NCBI RefSeq assembly: GCF_964355755.1
Contig: NC_092676.1
Span: 6,611,888-6,675,887, forward strand
DNA: 64,000 bases
DNA from: Antedon mediterranea
Lineage: Eukaryota > Animalia > Echinodermata
Direction: 5' to 3'
The notes beneath the pieces are model-generated. The model had not been told where the DNA came from. It made no database searches and saw only the letters and a list, made by a program, of their open reading frames with translations. How positions within the stretch are numbered: position 1 is the first letter of the stretch; each line of letters begins with the position of its first letter. The position numbers and the translations under genes were made by a program. This document shows positions 57,041 through 64,000 of the stretch, in pieces.

Positions 57041-57346
57041 TAGTCAATGATTTGAGATTCAACGGGTTTTGCTTTCAATTGTATAATAATATAATTATAT
57101 ATATATAAATATAATATTAAGTATAATTATGAATTCACCAACACTTTCAGGCCCAATAACAATGATCCCGGGCCCGAGTTTTTGTAGACCGGACTTCCAT
57201 GCACAGCCACATGTTAAGGAATATGAATCTCTTTATGATTTTAATATGGTTCGAAATGATATTACACAACAACGATTAGACAGCAACGGTACAAGAATCC
57301 AACTAATAAAATCGGAATGATCAATTAATTGAACATTTACAGCATA

Positions 57347-57706
57347 AGGCCCATACACTAGGACGATAACGATCGACGATAAATAGACAAATGTGCATTT
57401 TTAATACATAAACCAAAAGAAATATAAACAATTCCTATGATGAAAATTATATTTTCACACGTCCAATCAAATGACGTCATGATTAGTAAGACCAATAATA
57501 TCGTGACAATACAGCGATTTTATTGTTTTTATTTATCATGACGTCATTTGATTGGAATTTGAAAAACATTATTTTTATCAAAGACAGCATAAATGATTAT
57601 CCTATAGGTCTAGAACGAAAACCTTTCTAATTTCTTTTGGTTTATGTAAAAAAATGCATGCTATATATTTATCGTCCGTCGTTATCGTCATAGTGTAATT
57701 GGGCCT
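57347..57706. mobile_element. Harbinger-like palindromic MITE
   Basis: AGGCCCATACACTAGGACGATAACGA..CGTTATCGTCATAGTGTAATTGGGCCT with inner ccaatcaaatgacgtcatgat / atcatgacgtcatttgattgg. Confidence 0.75.
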
Positions 57707-59077
57707 TTATACAAAAAAAATAAATTGATTACGAAGTATGTCATTTTCACCTATCACCAAAAAACTAACCTTTTCAACACTAATTAATTGTTACGAAGCC
57801 AATTTATATTATATATTTCATTAAAACTGAACTTTACGGTAAATGAAGAGTAAGTATCAGTTAATATGAATAATATAACTAGTAGGTCTATGAACTTGCG
57901 CCCAGACACAGAACTGTGACATTACTATCATAAATGTTGAAACCACTTATAAAACCTTTTTTTAAAGAAAATATAATTGTGTTAGGAGAAGGCTAATAAA
58001 CAAATAGATAATGTACAAACCTTTTTCTGGATTAATTAATGGAGCAGGCGTTCCTAATAATCTGCTGCTGCTACCTAGACTGATTGTTCACCTTCTGACG
58101 ATAATTGATTGGACCCCCCCCCCCCTCCACGGCATCTGATAACCAACAAAAAATTTACCAGGACTGTTTCAATGATTTAATATCTGACGGCGTATTATTA
58201 TAACATTAACAGTCAAAAGAAAGTCATCAATACCTCCCTTTATGTTGACAGAGCCAAAATAAAGTTTTGACCATTATCGAATGATTATTTGACAGTGACT
58301 TATTATAATACCGGCCTGGTTGACAGCAAAACGAAGTTATTATTTATTGAACAAGATTTTACAGATTTCCGTCTACATCTCAATAATACTGTAGGCAAAG
58401 GCTTTCATATAGACTCTCTTCTCCCAGACGTTTTTTGGGTCCGGCAGCTACCTATAAATTATAGTCGAGTTTTCAAATTCACAAAACTGTCAGCCTTAGA
58501 TACTAAAGCTACCGCTATGAAACAGCTTATTAATGAATGTGTCCTCCTGGGACATAGCTGGCTAGAGCCGCGGCGCGAAAAAAAAAACATGACCAAAAAA
58601 AAAAGAATCTATAGAGGGCGCAAAATCGTTAATAGAGGGGGGAGGAGAGAGCGTGATGTGAATGTCAACAACAACCAACGTCGTAGGCCTAGTAGACTTT
58701 ATAAACGTCGTTTCAATACATTTTGCGAGTATTTAGTATTTTATTAAAAAAAATAACAACAAATATAATATTATGTACCACACAATGATTGTATGTTCGA
58801 CTAATTTTCCGTTATTCGGGGAGAAAATAGCGAGTAATGATAGAGAGTCTTGTCGCGTTGATCGGCGGGCTAGAAGGCCTAGCTAGTACTTCTACTGTAG
58901 TAGGCCTACACCCTACTACTAGCCTATGCCTGCCGGAGTATGGTCGAAGCGGTTTGCCAACCAAAGCGGATGCCAAACCAAAAACTATTATCTCCGACAT
59001 GATGATGCCTCATTTGTATTTTTGTAATTATATGTATTTATTAATTATTTATTTGTATTTATTTAGGCCTATATAAT

Positions 59078-59402
59078 GCACTTGTCAATTGTATGACCCA
59101 CTATACGACCCCCGTGAGAGGTGCGTCATTTACAAATAATTACTGACGCAGGGGTGCGTCAAAAAACCTAGATGGTACGTCACATCAATGAACAAGGTGT
59201 GTCGATGTCCGTCACTTTACCACCCACCATATCATAAACAACATGGTCACAGTGCGTCAAAATGGGTGCGTCATGGTCACCTAAAGGTAAGTCACCTTTT
59301 TGACGCACAGGTGCGTCATGGTATTCAAAAGTATGACGCACATCGGACAAATGACGCACCTCTCCCGGGGGTCGTATAGTGGGTCATACAATTGATAAGT
59401 GC
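59078..59402. mobile_element. Palindromic MITE with ~55-bp TIR and 5-bp flanking duplication ataat
   Basis: GCACTTGTCAATTGTATGACCCACTATACGACCCCCG / CGGGGGTCGTATAGTGGGTCATACAATTGATAAGTGC, with repeated tgacgca/tgcgtca motifs inside. Confidence 0.8.
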
Positions 59403-59699
59403 ATAATTATTGTACAGTGAGTGGAAGGTGTGGCGTACCGCTATCCCAACGCCACCACCGGCGGGTGGAGGAGGAGATGATGACCGGTAAGTCTGACCTG
59501 TGTTTTGATTTATATATTTACTACTTCTTTATATATATTGCTTCGTTTTGTATTCGCGCATTTGTTCTCAGCTTTATATAATTACGACATATTTACATCC
59601 AGAGGTGGTAGGCCTATATATATATATATACTGTATATATATATAGGCCTATATATATATTAATATTATAACAATCGAGTTTAAACAATTACTATGAAA

Positions 59700-59772
59700 G
59701 CCCCAGTGGTCTAATGGTTAGGACATCTGCATATCAAGCAGAAGGTTCCGGGTTCGAGTCTCGGTTGGGGCG
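59700..59772 (+). tRNA. tRNA-like gene, anticodon ATC (Asp-type); probably repeat-derived or a pseudogene
   Basis: Stems GCCCCAG/TTGGGGC, GTCT/GGAC, TCTGC/GCAGA and CCGGG/CTCGG. T-loop TTCGAGT, anticodon loop ATATCAA, and TTTTT just downstream. Confidence 0.55.
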
Positions 59773-60180
59773 ACTTTTTCTCATTCTCACAGATTTCCTC
59801 AGCTTTTAATCGTTTCAAATTAAATAATTAAATTTCAGTATATCACACCGAGCGGTTTAGAATTTATGTTCGATACCTGATGTGTTTTATAAATTTTATA
59901 AACATGTAATACTGTATTTACAGTCGAATTCGCGAAAGTCGAAAAATCGACTGTGTAATTTTTATTTAATTTAATTTTTTTGGTCCTAATACACACATCC
60001 TTTAGTGATATCGTATAAATCACAAATCACGCGGCAACAACGCGCTAAAAAATAAAAAATCACCGACGAAACGTACGTAATTTCGATGAACAAACGACAG
60101 AGGTGATCGTATGGTGGGACCATATCGGGTCTATAGCATAGGCGGCGTCCTATAACTTGCACTAGTATATATATGTTTTA

Positions 60181-60238
60181 GCGTTGAGAACTTGAGCGGC
60201 GTTGAGAACTTGAGCGGCGTTGAGAACTTGAGCGGCGT
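60181..60238. repeat. 18-bp tandem repeat x3
   Basis: gcgttgagaacttgagcg. Confidence 0.9.
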
Positions 60239-60325
60239 TTACAAATCTGCAAGTCATAACTCGAATTTTTATTACCAGTCCCATATTTCATTTATTAATG
60301 TACAGTGGAAGGCATGCTACACGTT

Positions 60326-61065
60326 TACCTGTTGTTGGCGTGCAAAGGTATTCCGAAAAAGGGGAAGGCATATATATACATACTGTATATCTCTGCCAGC
60401 GCAGAGATCATCTCATTCACTCTACCCGGTGGAGCCGAACGGGAAGGTAGTCGAAAGGGTTCAGCTCTTGCTGGCGTGCAAGGGTTTTTTTGGCTTAAAA
60501 AAGGGACGGCGTATACACACACATACATATATCTCTGGCGGCGCAGAGATCATCCGAATAGCTCACTCCGCCCCTCCGGTGGAGTCGAACGTGAAGGTGG
60601 TCGAATTTGTGGTGCCTCTTGCTGGAGTGCAAGGGTTTTTTGGCGAAAAAAAGGGACGGCGTATGCACACATTATACATATATCTCTGGCGGCGCAGAGA
60701 TCATCCGAATAGCTCACTCCGCCCCTCCGGTGGATTCGAACAGGGAAGGTAGTCGAAAGTGTTCAGCTCTTGCTGGCGTGCAAGGGTATTTTGGCTTTAA
60801 AAAGGGACGGCGTACACACATGTATCTCTGCCGGCGCAGAGATTATCCGAATAGCTCGCTCCGCCCCTCCAGTGGAGTCAGAGATTATCCGACTAGCTCA
60901 CTCTGCCCCTCCGGTGGAGTCGAACGTGAAGGCGGACATACACATATATCTCTGCCGGCGTAGAGATCATCCGAATAGCTCGCTCCGCCACTCCGATGGA
61001 GTCGTACGTGAAGGTGGTAAAAAAAAATATTCACCTCTTGCTGGCGTGCAAGGTTTTTTTTTTGG
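60326..61065. repeat. GC-rich ~150-bp tandem repeat (~5 degenerate units) inside an unclassified element
   Basis: ctcttgctggcgtgcaaggg at ~60466, 60617, 60767 and 61034, and gcgcagagatcatccgaatagctcactccgcccctccggtggagtcgaac. Confidence 0.85.
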
Positions 61066-61214
61066 CAAAAATCTCTCTTCCACTCTGAAGTGCAAGTTCT
61101 CGGAGTCGTTTTCTTGTTTGTTTTCCGAATAAAAAATGATTCCGAGACACGGTTCACATCTTGCGAGAGAAAGCACGTGCTTGCGGATTACTATTTCTCT
61201 GATGTGCAGATTTC

Positions 61215-61424
61215 AGTAGCAGCAACAACAACAGTAGTAGCAACATCAGCAAAGGAGCAACAACAGCAAAGGAGCAACATAAACCACATCAGTAGTAAGA
61301 ATCGTAGCAGCAACAGCAGCAGCAACAGCAACAATAGCATCAGCAACATCAGCAACAACAACAGTAGTAGCAGCAACAGCAACAATAGTAACATCAACAA
61401 CAGTAGCATTACCAACAGTAACAG

Positions 61425-61459
<35 letters not shown>

Positions 61460-64000
61460 GCAACAGCAGCAGCAGCAACAACAACAGCAGCAGCAATGAC
61501 ATCAGCAAAAACAGCAGCAGTAACAGCAAAAGTAGCAGCAGCAACATCAGCAACAACAACAGTAGCAGCAACAACAGCAGCAGTAGCAGCAGCAACATCA
61601 GCAGTAGCAGCAGCAACATCAGCAGCAACAACAGTAGCAGCAACAACAGTAGTAGCAACAACAGTAGTAGCAGCAGCAACATCAGCAGCAACAACAGTAG
61701 CAGCAACAACAGTAGCAGCAACAACAGTAGTAGCAACAACAGTAGCAGCAACATCAGTAGTAGCAGCAGCAGCATCAGCAGCAACAACAGCAGCAGCAAC
61801 AACAGCAGCAGCAACAATGGAAGAACTAATGTCAGCATAATTCATTCATTTCATCGTTTATTTCGGAAAAAATAATACAGAGTGCAAAATTCTCCATAGG
61901 TCAAGAACAAATTAGTGTCTACAAGAAATAAACACAAATAGTAAATACAGCATCAACTAATAATGCTATCATACTTTGGACTAGAAAACACACTTCTTCT
62001 GCAAGAACAAATTGACTTAGGTGTTTGGAGACTAGGCCGACCAAAGTCAATCTTGATAGAATAAAAACTTTACAACCTACACCTATAATACATAAAGTCA
62101 TAAGTCGAAAGTCATAAGCCGTCAGACATGAATGAATTGAATGAATGAATAACGATTGAAATTTACTCATTTGGTTTTTGTATTCAATTTTTTTTTTCAT
62201 TAGAAAGTTAAGGTCAATAAAGAGCACATAAACGATTTACAAACAGCAATTCAATTTTACAAATTATAACAATACATTTACATTTTGTTTACTTTTTTCT
62301 CCTAGATTTACATTTTAGGTTAATTGTTATCGACGATAATACGTACCTTGTAAAAAACTGAAGATATTGTGATTTGCAAGTGGTTAGCAGGCCTAGTAAA
62401 ATCATCTAATTGTTGGAAATGTAGAAAATGTAAAAACAACGCACACACATATTCTGATGCACGCGTTCAGGTGATGGTAATGCTGAAGTGACATTTAGGA
62501 AGATAAACATAGATGATTCTCTAAACTAAAAATTGGCAGCGTAATGGTTTTTTATTTTTTAAATATAGGATATGCATAGTGTAAAACGGTTTTAAAAAGC
62601 TCTTATGATACGTTCGATGTATTACTTCGACAAAATATTAACACTTTTTTGTTTATCTTTTCAATCATAGTCAAAATAAGTACAAGGGTATGCCAACGTT
62701 CCATCTTTTCTGCCGACAGAACACGGACCGCCAACAACGTTGCAAAATAAACACTATTGGAACGGTTAGTGACGTATCAGGACGATTTAGCCAGCCAACC
62801 CAGATCAGAGACCTCAGTTTTAATTTGATTAAACCCGCTGATTGGCTGTGACATAGATGACCTTAGCATTATAATACACTATTTCAATTAAATCACCAGG
62901 CACCACAATTATTATAAATAAAATCACATCAAAAAGATTCACAAAAAAAAAACTGGTGCTTTGTCATATACTGTATTTAAAACTAAATTATGGCACATGG
63001 TTAATAAATACATGGTCAAATGCGTAATTTAGTATTGTAACGTAATTTTAAATTTTCGGAGGTTTTCTGAAGAAGAAGATAATTCAAATAAAAATTACAT
63101 TTTATTAATAATATGAACTACTTAAAACCTTTCCTAAGAAAGTGAACTTTCCGTAGTCCGATTTTAATCAAAATAGTTGTATTTATTTATTTTTTATTTT
63201 TATTTATTAAAACATATTTAGGCAGAATAATTCAGAAAAGAAAAGTTCACAAAAAGATCACAAATTTCTGTATGGCAATATCTTGTTCTCAATCACTCGA
63301 TGCAGATGCATCAATAGAGTAATATTATATTGCGCATACGATTTCTAAATGTTGTTGATCTTGATTAGTGGCAACATACATGGTGTTCAAAGAGCATGTT
63401 TGGCAACCGTGCTTTTGCATAGGATAGCTCGGTGGAAACTCGTTTGATGTCACCGTCGATATAATATCATCCTACTTATTTTGTCCATGATTCAATCATC
63501 ATTTAGTTTCATATTATAAATAAGTTATAAATATTAAACTATATAACTATTATATCAATACGTTGTCTCTTGATTGTTTACAATTTTTTAACGGTCTCTT
63601 CAATACTTAATATCATAAAAGTACATATTTATGATTGTTTTATGATTAGCTGCTGTTCTAAAAATGTTAATAGGGACTTTACAAAACAGGACGGGAAGCC
63701 ACAGGACGGTGCTCATTAATAATGAATGAGCTTCAACAAAGTGGGCGGAGCTTAGCGTGAAATTCCGTCGTAACTTTTTGAAGACGATAAAGTTCGAATT
63801 TTACCGTTTACGGATAACGACTCACTAGAAATAATGGCATATAACCTTAAAAAGACAGTTCAAATTAAACTTAAAAGTGGCATTTTCGAAACTCTAAATA
63901 ACATTTGAACTTCTAATTTAATTGTTTAACGAAATAACATTTTAATTGGATTAAAATGGCTGTGTTAAAAGCAATACATTTTGCGCGGCGTTTGAATGCG
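61215..64000 (+). repeat. Copy 2 of the ~3-kb direct repeat, including the triplet tract 61215-61840
   Basis: Colinear with 10727-13906. Confidence 0.9.

Noticed and set aside
59099-59381. CACTA element nested in the palindrome (cactata..tatagtg)
   Set aside because: The flanks continue as inverted sequence rather than a 2-3-bp direct TSD, so this is internal to the larger TIR.
60192-61176. Several 67-186-aa ORFs
   Set aside because: They derive from GC-rich 18-bp and ~150-bp tandem repeats read in shifting frames.

Overview
AT-rich, repeat-dense eukaryotic DNA, probably from an invertebrate animal (inferred from the GT-AG introns and the LINE, Gypsy, Kolobok, Harbinger and Helentron repertoire). 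The one clear host gene is an 8-exon cathepsin L-like (papain family C1A) gene at 3512-10084 (+). Its 321-aa reading frame is intact, but the catalytic Cys is replaced by Gly and the GCxGG loop is remodelled, so it is a probable pseudo-protease. 14290-28228 is a four-level transposon nest. A tandem MITE dimer contains an L2 LINE. The L2 is interrupted by an intact single-ORF CR1-group LINE and by a 6-kb foldback element with 147-149-bp tandem arrays, and the foldback holds a third LINE fragment. The single-ORF LINE encodes a signal-peptide-like, internally duplicated 245-aa module joined to APE-RT through a 2A-like ribosome-skipping motif (DIEVNPG|P). A recent but mutated Gypsy element (33650-41292) sits in one copy of a locally duplicated block of small orphan ORFs, and the empty copy is at 52161-53836. 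A ~3-kb segment with a cryptic NCA/GTA triplet repeat occurs twice, at ~10727-13906 and 61215-64000. There are also many MITEs, minisatellites and a cloverleaf tRNA-like gene with anticodon ATC. All coordinates and alignments were read by eye, and no database searches were run.
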